Shown here in pieces: positions 27,133 to 38,991 of a DNA stretch of 64,000 nt. Origin of the DNA: Squalus acanthias (lineage: Eukaryota). Position 1 is the stretch's first letter. Each line of letters opens with the position of its first letter. Location of the stretch: positions 103,294,001 through 103,358,000 of the forward strand of contig CM059431.1 of assembly GCA_030390025.1 (NCBI GenBank), in the 5' to 3' direction. Under the pieces are notes generated by a model that saw only the letters and a program-made list of their open reading frames with translations, did not search any database and was not told where the DNA came from. The position numbers were made by a program, and so were the translations under genes.

Positions 27133-27602
27133 TTCACCAGAATGTTACCAGGGATCCAAGGGTTAGATGATGAGGAGAGATTACATCAACTAGGCTTGTA
27201 TTCCCTGGAGTATAGAAAGTTCAGGGGTAATTTGAGTGAGGTTTTTAGGATGTTGAAAGGAATCGATAGGGTAGATGGAGAGAAACTTTTTCCGCTGGTG
27301 GGGGAGTCTAGGACACGGGGACATAACCTTAAAATCAGAGCCAGGCCATTTAGGAGAGACGTTAGGAAAAACGTCTTCATACAAAGGGTGGCAGAAGTGT
27401 GGAACTCCCTCCCCACAGAAAGCCGCAGACACGAGCTCAATTAATAATTTTAAATCGGAGATCGATAGATGTTTTGCGAGCCAAGGGTATGAAGGGATAT
27501 GGAGTCAAGGCGGGTGGATGGAGTTAGGATACAGATCAGCCACGATCTCATTGAATGGCGGAACAGGCTCGAGGGGCTGAATGGCCTCCTCCTGTCCCTA
27601 TG
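27133..27602 (+). mobile_element. CR1 3' fragment
   Basis: FTRMLPG..LGLYSLEYRK..RTRGHNLKI followed by the 3' UTR. Confidence 0.9.
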
Positions 27603-29148
27603 CTCCCCTCAGTGCCAGTCTGCCATTTCTGGCCCCAGACGTCTTCCAGAAACATCTCCAGAAATTCACCCGAGAACCTGGGAGCCCTTCCAGCTGCCGA
27701 TCTCCTCTCTCCCTCAAGGACGCTGCGGCACTTCAGATATTGCTGCCGTTATTTTGCTTTCTGCCGCTCAGAATGTGGTGTTGGCCCGTACCAGCCTCCC
27801 CGTTGCCTTCCCCCTCACTCCTGGTGAGTTGAAGGCCAAAGATAAAACTGGCCTTTAGATCAGTGAAACAAACAAGAAAATGCAAACAGTTTTGTTAATA
27901 ACCCATGTGACATGAATCTTGTCATTCATGACTTATGACATAATACTAGGGGGCCTGCTGGTGGTGCTGTCCAGGGAGAGTATAAATACTCGGGCATGGG
28001 CCCAGCTTTCTCAGGACATTCTTTAACAGGAACTAGTGAAGGACACAACTAGATCTCCATGTTGTAAAACAATTGATTAAAGCTTTGTTTAACGCTTAGA
28101 CCAAGTGCCTAGTAGTTTTCTTACGTCACCATGTTTTAAATATGTGACTAAGGCGTGATCTATTTTTTTTTATTCCCCCGCCCCTTAACTTTACTTATCT
28201 CCATTATCTGTCAGCCCTCATCAGTTGGTTGAAAACCTGATCTGAGTCAGCCAGAGGCTGGTGAGCAATGCTCTGTGCATATATTGGAGTGTGTGCGTGT
28301 GTGTATAGGGAGCTTTGCCTTTTCTTGCCTTCCACTGCAAAGATACGATTGGCTCTGCTTCCACCGGTTGGTGTAATGTAGAGAGCGTAAAGCAATGTGG
28401 AGTGGTGGTAACACTTTAACAAGCCCTTCCTTCCAGGTATCAGTATGGGGGATTGTCGGGTGGACAACCTCAAAGACACTTCGGGAATCCAGGGAAAGCA
28501 ACAGCTGGTGTGTAACTGGAGGATGGATCAGGTCTAAAGATGGTTTTCTCCCCTCGGGGCACGTGCCTTAATGTGGAATACAGATAGACACAACTGCATC
28601 CACTGCCAATCTATCCCGAGGTCAGCAAAAATTGGAAGATGGTTGGTTTGACATGCTGGATGTCTCAGGAGATGTTTTATTTTACTTTGAAGAATGAAGC
28701 CATTTTTACCCCCATTGCCTGATAGCAGGGGATTGAAAACTCAGCTGACATTGGTAACACTAACATGCTTATTTCCTCAATGCAAAAAAACGAGTTTGCG
28801 ACAATTAAAAAGAAAGAAAAACTTGCATTTATTTAGCGCCTTTCACGACCACCGGACGTCTCAAAGCGCTTTACAGCCAATGAAGTACTTTTGAAGTGTA
28901 GTCACTGTTGTAATGTGGGAAACATGGCAGCCAATGTGCTCAAAGCAAGCTCCCACAAACAGCAATGTGACACTGACCAGATCATCTGTTTTTTTTGTTA
29001 TTTTGTTATTTTAATTATAGCAACTAATGAGAACTGCAGGACAGACCCGGGGGAGTGGGGAACTTTTTTAATACCAATTCAAAAATTGGTTGCCATTGCA
29101 GCGTATTTATTGCTGGGCTTCTGCCGAAACCAGTATGATGGAGTTAGT

Positions 29149-29824
29149 GGGCTGGATTTTCATTGACCCGTGGAGGCGGGTTTGGAGGCGTGTGGGGGTT
29201 AAAATTACGAAAACTGGCGGGCGGGCACAAGTCCGCCTCCATCCCGCCTCCACGCAATTTTCATTAAATCGTGTCTGCTGGTCCCGACTCCGTCCCGCCT
29301 TTAAGAGTCGGGATAGGCTGATAAGGCCCTTAACAAGCACTAAATTGGCTCTGTAATGCCATTTTGAAAGGCCTTTGTGATTTTAACCCTTGATCTACGT
29401 GAAGCACGCCTGTTCTGAACCACAATTGTGAAACCTGGCGGGGAGCACATTTGGCTGGCTGGCTGGCTGGCTATGGGGATGCATATATGGATGGCTATGT
29501 GGATGGAGAGGAGACATATCTGGGAGTGGTGGTGTAAAAATATCTGGGAGCAGACTTAGGACTGCTGCTGCTCATTTTGCAGGTCCTCTCACAGCAAAGG
29601 CCAGGCAGTCTTTGAAGACCTTCAATGCAGCAGCAATGATGACATCATCAGAGGCGACTTTCAGACTGAAAACACTAATTGGGTCATGGGTTCCCACATG
29701 CTGGAACTCAATTGCCCAATTAGGTGAAAATTGCCTCAATCTCCCACATCCAATTGCAGGCGGGTGGATAACACGAAAAGTGGATGACACGACCCCAACC
29801 CGCCCCAGTATCAAAATCCAGCCC
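29149..29824. mobile_element. Harbinger-type MITE, family A copy 3 (opposite orientation)
   Basis: TIR GGGCTGGATTTT..AAAATCCAGCCC, TSD AGT. Confidence 0.92.
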
Positions 29825-30074
29825 AGTGTCTCTGACTTACGCATCAAAGTGAGATGGCTGGAGTGTCCAACAGGTCCTCAGTGTAAGAGACTGAAATTCG
29901 TTTCAGTCCCAATTTTGTCATCCAAATGCCAATTCATTATTTAAGAATAAACCCAGGGTGCTGCTCCAAAATATGCGCGAAGAACGTTAAATGTATTTAA
30001 TATCATTGGTTATTGTCAGCTTAGTCTAGTAAATAATTGGTATGCCCCACCTCATTAAAGGACAGCCAGTCAGA

Positions 30075-33000
30075 GGAGCTGATTTCAATAACGGGAGATT
30101 AAGTGCTCGAGTTTAATTCCCGAGGTGGGTTGGAGTCGGGTTGCGTGGTGGGCGGGTTCGGGAGCCGCTTCCGGCGGGAACAGCTGCAGAGTTGCGATTT
30201 TTATTAAAGTACCTTGTTAATTTCATGGAGGCGCGCTGACCGGTCCAATGAGTGGGATCGGGTCAGCTGGCCGCCTCTAATGACGTCATAATAGCAGCTG
30301 CTTTTAAAGCTGCCATCCAGCCTGAGTCTTTCCATTGTGGTTTCCTGCACTTCTTTTCACAGCTATGACTTCTTCCAGAGGCAAGGGAACTCCTTGATTT
30401 AATGATGAGTCCCTCCAAGCTCTTGTGGATGCTGTCAGAGGGCGCAGGGAGATTCTCTTCCCTCCTGATGGCCGGAGGAAGCCTCCTCAGCAGACCAAGG
30501 CAGCCTGGCTGCACATTGCTCAGGAGGTGAGCGCAAGGTGCATTTATGCACGCTCATGGATCCAGTGCCGCAAAAGGTTTAATGATCTTGTGATAACATC
30601 AAAAGTGAGTATCCCATCTCACTTGCCTTCACTCTGCTTCCCTTCCCTCCTCATCACCAGCACTCTGCGTTGTAAGCCTCCTCCTTCACATCCCACCTTA
30701 CTCTTACTTCCCTTGCACCCTCTCCTATCCATCTCTGTCTCTGCACTGAGTCACTTCAGCATCCTGCCTATGCACCCCTTAGACTCGCTCTCACTCTCAT
30801 GCAGTGACAACTAACAACGCACAGGGAGCTAGCTTCCTCTTGGCACCTTACCCCATCTTCGTCTCACTCAAAGCTTCTATGGTAGGGATTAATCACACTC
30901 ACGCCATCACTGTGGCTGAAACACCGCTTGTGTCCCTCCTAGCAGGAAAAGATAGCCCACAATAAGAGGGAGAGAGCAATGACTGGAGGAGGAACAGCTT
31001 CCCTAGCAACATTGACCAGTGCTGAGGAGGCAGCAAACAAGATTGTTGGAGATGGCGAGGACCTGGAAGTGGGCGATGGAGAGACGGGCACACTAGAGGA
31101 AGCTGGTGACATAATAGAGTTTCATCCCTCTCAGAAAGCAATGCAATATGATGTTCATAGAGAATCGCTTTGTATCATCTGCTCAAAAGGCAGTGCCTGC
31201 TATATCAATATCAGATGTCTAATTCAAGCCTTTACTCTCCCACAGGACCATCGAGTGCACCCCCTCCCCACGATCCAGGACGAAGAACCGGACAAATCCT
31301 CAGAGGAACCTGAAGCCTCTGAGGGACCAGCGGCACCAGGACTCAGCGCACCCAGCACCAGCGCAGCAACGCTCACCTCGGTGGGGCCATCGCGAGTTAG
31401 AGTAGTGTTGCCACCTAGTCTATCACAGCGCATAAGTGAGCATCAGCAGATGGTGGAGACAGCGACAGCAGTGGAGAGTCCTCCTCGGAGGTCGCAGGAC
31501 TCTCCTAGCTCTGCTGAGCTGCATGCAGACACTGTGCCTCTGGGGCTATCCAGAAAAAGAGCGTCTCGGGAAATACAGGAACAAGTGCAGGTGTCTCTGG
31601 AAGGGTTTGCCTCCAGGGTTAGTGCGAGTGTGGAGAGAATGGAGGAGTCCGTCTGTAACATTAGCGCTGCCGTGGTGGAGGCAATGGCGCATGAACGCAC
31701 CACCATGGATAGGATGGCAACCTCCGTGGAAAGGATGGCTATGGCCATGGAGGAAATAAGTCGCCAGAGTCAGGAAAATATGGTGACTGTTCAGAATAGA
31801 CTGACATCTCTGGAGGAGCGATGGGCAGCTATTGAGCAGAGAGACCAGAGCTTCATGGACGTCCTTTTGAGGAGGACTGCCAGTGCAGATACGGATCCTC
31901 ATGGTCGGCCTGATGTGCTGCAAGGTGCTCTCTGGCCACTTGTCAACACTGAAGTGCGGCTGACCCACGAGAGGGATGTTGTTGGCAGGACAGAAGGAAG
32001 TGTGGGCTCCTCTCCAAGCGCTCACACGACCATGCCACTACGGAGCCCTCGGTCAGAGACCCACTTTGCAGAGACAACTGAGATGACCGTTTCAGCCCCT
32101 GCACAGCCGCAGGAAGAGCAGACTGTTGAAGAGCCCTCCCAGGCTCCCAAACCCAGAGGACGCCCGCCAAAGGCGTCTAAGCAGGCGCAGCATCCTAGTC
32201 AGCAAGGTGCCTCCACATCTGCTGAAGCCACAGGGGAGCACCACGTAGCAGCACGCGTAAGAGAAAAAGTAAGTCACAAGGGGACTCACTTGGGTGATGT
32301 TTCTTTTTTTTCCGACTGCTGTTGGTATATTTTGTCATGTGTTAAAGAGAAATTATCGCAAACAATTGATTGTGTGGCCTATGTGTTCTGGGAAATGGCA
32401 AAAGCGCATTGAAGGCTCAGGGCGACTTACATTTGTAATGCTGATGGTAGCAATGATAGGAAATAAGAAGGTCTAGCAGAGATGAAGTATGACATTGGAC
32501 AAGTGTTGCCTGCAATTACAGAGCCATATGGTGGCCACCTATGGTCGAAGAGTAAGCTTATGGTAGTGTGACATGGCAGTGTGCATACCCTGGTTGACAG
32601 GCAGCAGTGAACTGGAGGGATGCTGTATAGGTCACAACAGGGCATGCAAGGCTCCCCTCGTCCTCCTCCTCCTCCTCTTCCCAGGAAGATCTGCGCTGAG
32701 TCACACGGCTGCTGCTCCCCCGAATATGAGGACCAGGATGAGAGGGTATAAATGTTTCCCATCCCCTTGCTATAGATTTCAGTTGAGGTAACAATCCTGC
32801 AAACGCAGTTGAAGTGGCCTGAAATAATTCCATTCATGACACACTGCAGATGGGTATCAGCTTGAACAGTCAGAAGGTCAGTAGATGTGAAAAATGTTAT
32901 CCCATACCTACAACAGCAAAGTTGTTGCATTTGAATGTCAGCCATGTTTCAGGGCGCTTTTAAAGTGCTCCACCAATGCATACAAATCATGTCCTCCAGC

Positions 33001-33274
33001 AACTCGTCTCCTTGAACCTGGCCTGTTTCTGACTAGTCGGGAAACAGGAGCCAGAAGCAGGAAAATGGGAAACCACTGTGAAAATAGGATTAGCAAGGCT
33101 GTTAACTGCCTTAACTATCTGCCCCACCGGTTGGAGACGGGTCAGTTTGGGAGCGGCTAAACAGACACTCAGGAAAATCGGGTGGCGGCGGGATGGAGGC
33201 GGGTTGGGTGTCTGAAGCCATTTTCCTGATTTTCCCAACAGACTCGCCTCCTCAGGGCTATTAAAATCAAGACC
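30075..33274 (+). mobile_element. Degenerate Harbinger element: Myb gene kept, transposase largely lost
   Basis: Imperfect TIR GGAGCTGATTTCAATA..TATTAAAATCAAGACC. Three-exon Myb gene on +. Minus-strand remnant (IARGWE, poly-E) at about 32600-32800. No clean TSD. Confidence 0.8.
30365..32412 (+). pseudogene. Harbinger Myb/SANT protein gene; predicted exons 30365-30604, 30946-31105, 31246-~32400
   Basis: REILFPPDGRR..AAWLHIAQEV..RSWIQCRKRFNDL, then EKIAHNKRERAMTGGG. GT/AG junctions are present. Exon 1 has an in-frame TGA and there is a frame mismatch after intron 2. Confidence 0.8.
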
Positions 33275-33999
33275 TAAGGTTCGGTATACACATCAAACCT
33301 CTCCTAAGTTAGAACTGGCTTCAACTTAACCATAGATGGTGCTAGAATACCAAAAAAAATATTTTTTCTGCTGTTAGAGCCTCATAAAGTTGTTAACACT
33401 GTCCCGACTGTGTAAGCCCAGCTTTATGTTTATATTTTGCCAATCAGTTTGCATTTATATAGCGCCTTTCACCACCTCAGGACATCCCAAAGCGCTTTAC
33501 AGCCAGTAAAATACTTTTGGAGTGGAGTCATTGTTGCAATGTGGGAAATGCGGCAGCCAATTTGCGCACAGCAAGCTCCCACAAACTGCAATGTGATAAT
33601 GACCAATGTGTTTTTTTTAGTGATGTTGGTTGAGGGATAAATATTGGCCCCAGGGCACTGGGGATAACTCCCCTGCTCTTCTTCCAAATAATGCCGAGGA
33701 ATCTTTTACGTCCAGCTGAGAGGGCAGACGGGGCCTCGGTTTAACGTCTCATCCAAAAGATAGGTAGAATGAATCGATGCTTTTTGTGATATACAGTGGG
33801 ATCGATTTCAATCTCGAGGGAGTTTTGGGCGGGTCAGGGATGGGCTGAGTGTGAATTCACTGGCCTGAAATTCAGGTCTGGGCTATTTTAACTCCCGGGC
33901 CTCACTTAAACTTGACTGGTGGATTTCACATCCAATCCCATTGGGAACAGGAAGCAAGCCCACTTTCCCGGTGGAATATCCAGCTATTATCACCATGGT

Positions 34000-36900
34000 A
34001 ATTTTTGATAAAGCAGTTCGGGAGCATTTAAACTAGTATGGCAGGGGGCTAGAAACCTATGTAGTGAAATAGAGGAAAGTGAAAGGCAGACAGAAATAAA
34101 TGGTAAAAGGGTGAGGAACAAAAAACAAAGGGCCAAACTAATTCATAAAAAATGTGAGCATAAAAAAAGCCTGAGGGTTTTATACCTTAATGCGAGAAGC
34201 ATCAGGAACAAGGTAGATGAATTAGCTGTGGAAATAGAGGTTAATAATTATGATCTAATTGGGATTATGGAAACATGGTTGCAGGGTGAGCAGGGCTGGG
34301 AGCTTAACATACAGGGGTATTCAGTATTTAGGAAGGATCGACAAAAAAGAAAGGGAGGAGGGGTAGCATTGCTGGTAAAAGAGGGGATAAATGCAATTGA
34401 AAGGAAGGATATTAACTCAGTTAATACAGAATCTATATGGGTGGAGCTAAGAAATAGCGAGGGGCGAAAAACATTAATAGGAGTGGTATATAGGCCTCCA
34501 AATAGTAAAATAGAGGTTGGGGAGGGCATCACGAGGGAAATTAGAGAAGCATGCAATAAGAGCACAGCTGTCATCATAGGTGACTTTAACTTACATATAG
34601 ATTGGAATAGCCTAATCAGTAAAAATAATGAGGAGGAGGAATTCCTTGAGTGTTTAAGGGATGGTTATCTGGATCAATATGTCGAGGAACCAACTCGGGA
34701 ACAGGCTATATTGGACTGGGTACTGTGCAATGAGAAGGGACTAATTAGTAATCTTGTTGTACGGGGACCCTTGGGTCAGAGCGATCATAACATGATCGAT
34801 TTCTCACTCGAAATGGAGAGCGAAGAAATTGACTCAGAGACTAAGGTCCTGAATTTAAACAAGGGGAATTATGATGCCATTAGACGGGAACTGAGTAGGT
34901 CTGATTGGACAACGTTCCTGGGAGGACTGGAGGTAGATAAACAATGGCAAGCATTTAAAGATAGAATGACAAAATTGCAAAAATTGTTTATACCAATCTG
35001 GCATAAAAGGAAATCTAAAAAGGTGACTCAACCGTGGATAACAGGGGAAATTAGAGACAGCATAAAATCCAAAGATAGGGCGTATAAAATAGCCAAAAAA
35101 AGCGCCAGAGCGGAAGATTGGGAACAGTTTAAGATAGAGCAAAGGAGGACAAAGGGCTTAATCAAGAGGGGCAAAATAGCTTACGAAAGCAAGCTGGCGG
35201 AAAATATAAAAACTAACTCCAAAAGCTTTTATAAGTATATCAAGAGGAAAAGACTGGTGAAAACCAAAGTTGGTCCATTGCAGTCAGATACGGGGGAATA
35301 TATAACGGGAAATAAGGAAATGGCAGACCAACTAAATGCATACTTTGGGTCAGTCTTTACGAAGGAAGACACAAAAAACCTCCCTGGGATATCGGGAAAG
35401 ATAGGGACATTGGCAAAGGAGGAACTGACGCAAATCAATATCTCTAAGGATATGGTGTTAAGGAAGCTAAAGGGATTGAAGGCGGACAAATCCCCAGGGC
35501 CTGATAACATGCATCCTAGGGTACTGAAGGAGGTGGCCCTAGAGATAGCGGATGCACTAAGTATGATTTTTCAGAATTCATTAGACTCGGGAACAGTGCC
35601 CATGGATTGGAGGGTAGCTAACGTTACCCCACTATTCAAAAAGGGGGGTAGGGAAAAAGCAGGTAATTACAGACCTGTAAGCCTTACATCAGTTGTGGGC
35701 AAAATGCTGGAGTCCATCATTAAGGATGAAATAGCGGAGCACTTAGCAAATGGGGACAGGATAGGACAGAGTCAACATGGATTTACAAAGGGTAAATCGT
35801 GCTTGACTAATCTATTGGAATTTTTTGAGGGAGTAACTGGTAAAATAGATGGGGGAGAGCCAGTAGATGTGGTGTACCTGGACTTCCAAAAGGCCTTCGA
35901 TAAGGTCCCACATAAAAGATTAGCATGGAAAATTGAATCTCATGGGATAAAAGGGAAAGTATTGACGTGGATAGAGAACTGGCTGTCAGATAGAAAACAG
36001 AGAGTTGGAATAAACGGCTCATTTTCTGAATGGCAGGCAGTAACAAGTGGGGTACCACAGGGATCTGTCCTGGGTCCCCAGCTGTTCACAATTTACATTA
36101 ATGACCTGGATCAGGGAGTCGGATGCAGCATTTCCAAATTTGCAGACGACACTAAACTAGGAGGGGGGGTGGGCTCAGAGGAGGAGACCAGGAAGCTCCA
36201 GAGCGATTTGGACAGACTGGGTGATTGGGCGGATAAATGGCAGATGCACTATAATGTGGACAAGTGCGAAGTTATCCACCTTGGGTGCAGGAACGGGAGG
36301 GCAAATTATTATTTAAATGGCAATAAATTGGGAGAGGGGGAAGTACAGAGAGACCTGGGTGTTCTTGTACACCAGTCACTGAAGGCGAGCATGCAGGTGC
36401 AACAGGCGGTCAAGAAGGCAAACGGTATGCTGGCCTTCATAGCAAAAGGGTTGGAATACAGGAACAGGGATACCTTGCTGCAGCTGTACAGGGCACTGGT
36501 GAGACCACACCTCGAGTACTGTGTACAGTTTTGGTCGCCTCATCTGAGGAAAGATGTTCTTGCCATGGAGGGGGTGCAGCGGCGATTCACCAGGCTGATA
36601 CCAGGAATGGCGGGATTGACCTATGAGGAGAGACTATGTAGTTTAGGGATGTACACACTGGAGTTTAGAAGATTGAGAGGGGACCTCATAGAAGTGTATA
36701 AAATTCTGACAGGTCTAGACAGACTAGATGCAGAAGGAATGTTTCCCTTGGCGGGTGAGAACAGAACTAGAGGACATAATTTAAGGATAAGGGCTAAACC
36801 ATTTAGGACAGAAATGAGGGGGAATTTCTTCACTCAGAGGGTGGTGAACCTATGGAACTCATTGCCACAGAGGGCAGTGTATGCCAGCTCATTAAATATA

Positions 36901-37078
36901 TTTAAGAGGGAATTAGATATTTTTCCACAGGCAAAAGGGGTTAAGGGTTACGGAGAGAAGGCGGGGACGGGATACTGAATTGGAGGATCAGCCATGATCT
37001 CATTAAATGGCGGAGCAGGCTCGAAGGGCCGGATGGCCTACTCCTGCTCCTATCTTCTATGTATCTATGTATCTATGT
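34000..37078 (+). mobile_element. CR1 LINE truncated at the end of ORF1, with complete ORF2, 3' UTR and (CTATGTAT) tail
   Basis: ORF1 end AVREHLN* at 34034-34036, followed by an uninterrupted ORF2. Confidence 0.96.
34027..36978 (+). CDS. CR1 ORF2: APE endonuclease and reverse transcriptase, uninterrupted
   Basis: Motifs YLNARS, GDFN, SDHN, QHGF, PQGSVLGP, FADD. The frame is open from 34027 and has no ATG before the first endonuclease motif. Confidence 0.93.
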   Translation, partial: FKLVWQGARNLCSEIEESERQTEINGKRVRNKKQRAKLIHKKCEHKKSLRVLYLNARSIRNKVDELAVEIEVNNYDLIGIMETWLQGEQGWELNIQGYSVFRKDRQKRKGGGVALLVKEGINAIERKDINSVNTESIWVELRNSEGRKTLIGVVYRPPNSKIEVGEGITREIREACNKSTAVIIGDFNLHIDWNSLISKNNEEEEFLECLRDGYLDQYVEEPTREQAILDWVLCNEKGLISNLVVRGPLGQSDHNMIDFSLEMESEEIDSETKVLNLNKGNYDAIRRELSRSDWTTFLGGLEVDKQWQAFKDRMTKLQKLFIPIWHKRKSKKVTQPWITGEIRDSIKSKDRAYKIAKKSARAEDWEQFKIEQRRTKGLIKRGKIAYESKLAENIKTNSKSFYKYIKRKRLVKTKVGPLQSDTGEYITGNKEMADQLNAYFGSVFTKEDTKNLPGISGKIGTLAKEELTQINISKDMVLRKLKGLKADKSPGPDNMHPRVLKEVALEIADALSMIFQNSLDSGTVPMDWRVANVTPLFKKGGREKAGNYRPVSLTSVVGKMLESIIKDEIAEHLANGDRIGQSQHGFTKGKSCLTNLLEFFEGVTGKIDGGEPVDVVYLDFQKAFDKVPHKRLAWKIESHGIKGKVLTWIENWLSDRKQRVGINGSFSEWQAVTSGVPQGSVLGPQLFTIYINDLDQGVGCSISKFADDTKLGGGVGSEEETRKLQSDLDRLGDWADKWQMHYNVDKCEVIHLGCRNGRANYYLNGNKLGEGEVQRDLGVLVHQSLKASMQVQQAVKKANGMLAFIAKGLEYRNRDTLLQLYRALVRPHLEYCVQFWSPHLRKDVLAMEGVQRRFTRLIPGMAGLTYEERLCSLGMYTLEFRRLRGDLIEVYKILTGLDRLDAEGMFPLAGENRTRGHNLRIRAKPFRTEMRGNFFTQRVVNLWNSLPQRAVYASSLNIFKRELDIFPQAKGVKGYGEKAGTGY

Positions 37079-37112
37079 ACGTGTTGAACCAGAAACCACT
37101 GCAGGTAACATC

Positions 37113-37285
37113 ATAATAATAATAATAAGAAGGAGAATAAGAAGGAGGAAGAGGAGGAGGAAGAGGAGGAAGAAGCGGAGGAGGAAGAGGAGGAAGAAAA
37201 GGAGGAGGAGGGAGAAGAGGAGAAGGAGGAGGCGGTGGAAGAGGAGGAGGAGGAAGAGGAGCAGGAAGAGGAGCAGCAAGAGGAG

Positions 37286-37326
<41 letters not shown>

Positions 37327-37474
37327 GGAGGAAGAAGAGGAAGAAGAAGAGGAAGAGAAGGAAGAAAATGAGGAGCAGGAAGAAGAGGAGGAGGTGGAGG
37401 AGGAAGAGAAGGAGGAGGAAGGGGAGGAGGAGGAAGAGGAAGAGGAGGAGGAGGAAGAGGAGCAGGAAGAGGAG

Positions 37475-37509
<35 letters not shown>

Positions 37510-37513
37510 GGAA
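37113..37513. repeat. (AAT)n followed by ~385 bp (GAG/GAA)n polypurine tract, the expanded tail of the adjacent L2
   Basis: Directly visible. It abuts AACTTGTATTTATATAGCGCC, the L2 terminus on the minus strand. Confidence 0.95.
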
Positions 37514-38050
37514 GAACTTGTATTTATATAGCGCCTTTAACATAGTAAAACATTGCAAGGTGCTTCACAGGAGCGTTATCAAACAAAATATGACACTGAG
37601 CCAAACAAGGAGATACTAGGACAGGTGACCAAAAGCTTGGTCAAAGAGGTAGGTTTTAAGGAGCGTCTTAAAGGAGGAGAGAGAGGTAGTGAGGCAGAGA
37701 GGTTTAGGGAGGGAATTCCAGAGCTTGTGACCTTGGCAGCTGAAGGCACGGCCACCAATGGTGGAGCAATTTTAAAACAGGGAATGCGCAAGAGGCCAGA
37801 ATTGGAGGAGTGCAGCGATCTCAGAGGATATGTAGGACCGGACGATGTTACAGAGATAGGGAGGGGGGCGAGGCCATGGAGGGATTTGAAAACAAGGATG
37901 CGAATTTAAAAAAGAAAGTAGATGTTCCCGGACCGGGAGCCAATGTAGGTCAGCGAATCACAGGGGTGATGTGTGAACGGGACTTGGTGAGAGTTTGCCG
38001 TGGGACAGCGGAGTTTTGGTTGAGCTCAGGTTTACGGAGGGTGCAACATT
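37514..38050 (-). mobile_element. L2-type 3' end
   Basis: Colinear with 20490-20915 and 24264-24680. Confidence 0.88.
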
Positions 38051-38123
38051 AACAAAGAGTTTGACCTCAGTTACAGTTGTGTAATTTAGATCATCTCAAA
38101 ATCCAAGAATAATCAGTCACAGA

Positions 38124-38991
38124 GGGCTGGATTTTACCAGCCCTGAGGAGGTGGGTCTGGAGGCGGGACGGCTGGCAAAATCAAAAAGAATGGGAGCGGG
38201 TCCTGAACCCTCTCCCAACCCGCCTCCAAACAATCTTCCCGGGAGTCGGGTCCCCGATTTGCGCAGGGACCCGACTCCTAGCGGAGGGAAGAGGATTATA
38301 GCCACTTAACTGCCTGTTAACAGGTAGTTAACAGGCAGTTAAGAGGCTTTTTCCCATTTTGAGACTTCTGCTGCGGGCTTCCCAACGTCGGGGAACCCCG
38401 CCAGGGTAAGTAAGGCGTGCTGTGGGTCTGTTGTAATGTTTGTGTATAGATGACAGCTGCAGAAGTGGTGTGAAGAATCCAATGGGACACTGGCGAGTAT
38501 CAGAGGTAAGGAGATACTGAGAAAGTTATTTTTAATGTGTTTAGATTTTTCTGTAGGTGACAAGCTTTGAAGTGTTTGTGTGGCCTCACCTCATTGGGAG
38601 AAGTGACAGATCACTTCTGTAACCTCACCTGCAGCTGCCATCTGTTTTATCCTAAGGAGAGAGTCATTGGAGAGCCTGGATGCAAGGGCCCACCTTTGTA
38701 CAGTGATTGTCAGTGTTTGACAGCACCTCAATGATGTCAAACACTGACAGATCATCTGTCAAAAATAAATGGTACATGTCCCTTTAAGAAAACCGGCAGA
38801 TGAAGCGTCATCAACTGACGTTATCTGACACCGGCTTTTCCTTAATTGGCCGGCAAGCTACGCAGGGCGGGCTTAACAAGGCCAATCAGGGGAAAATAGC
38901 GTCTGTGCGTCGGACGTCGCTGGGGGCGGGACTAGAACCCGGAAGGCAGCAGTCCCGCCCCCAACTCGTCTCGGTGAGTAAAATCCAGCCC
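38124..38991. mobile_element. Harbinger deletion derivative related to 1635-3268
   Basis: Perfect 14 bp TIR GGGCTGGATTTTAC..GTAAAATCCAGCCC. Shares GAGTCATTGGAGAGCCTGG..CAGCACCTCAATG. No matching TSD. Confidence 0.85.

Noticed and set aside
30979..32412. 477 aa ORF as a novel gene
   Set aside because: It comprises exon 2, the read-through intron and exon 3 of a damaged Harbinger Myb gene.
37059..37619. Poly-Arg/Lys, poly-Glu and poly-Leu ORFs
   Set aside because: Translations of a trinucleotide repeat, not protamine-like genes.
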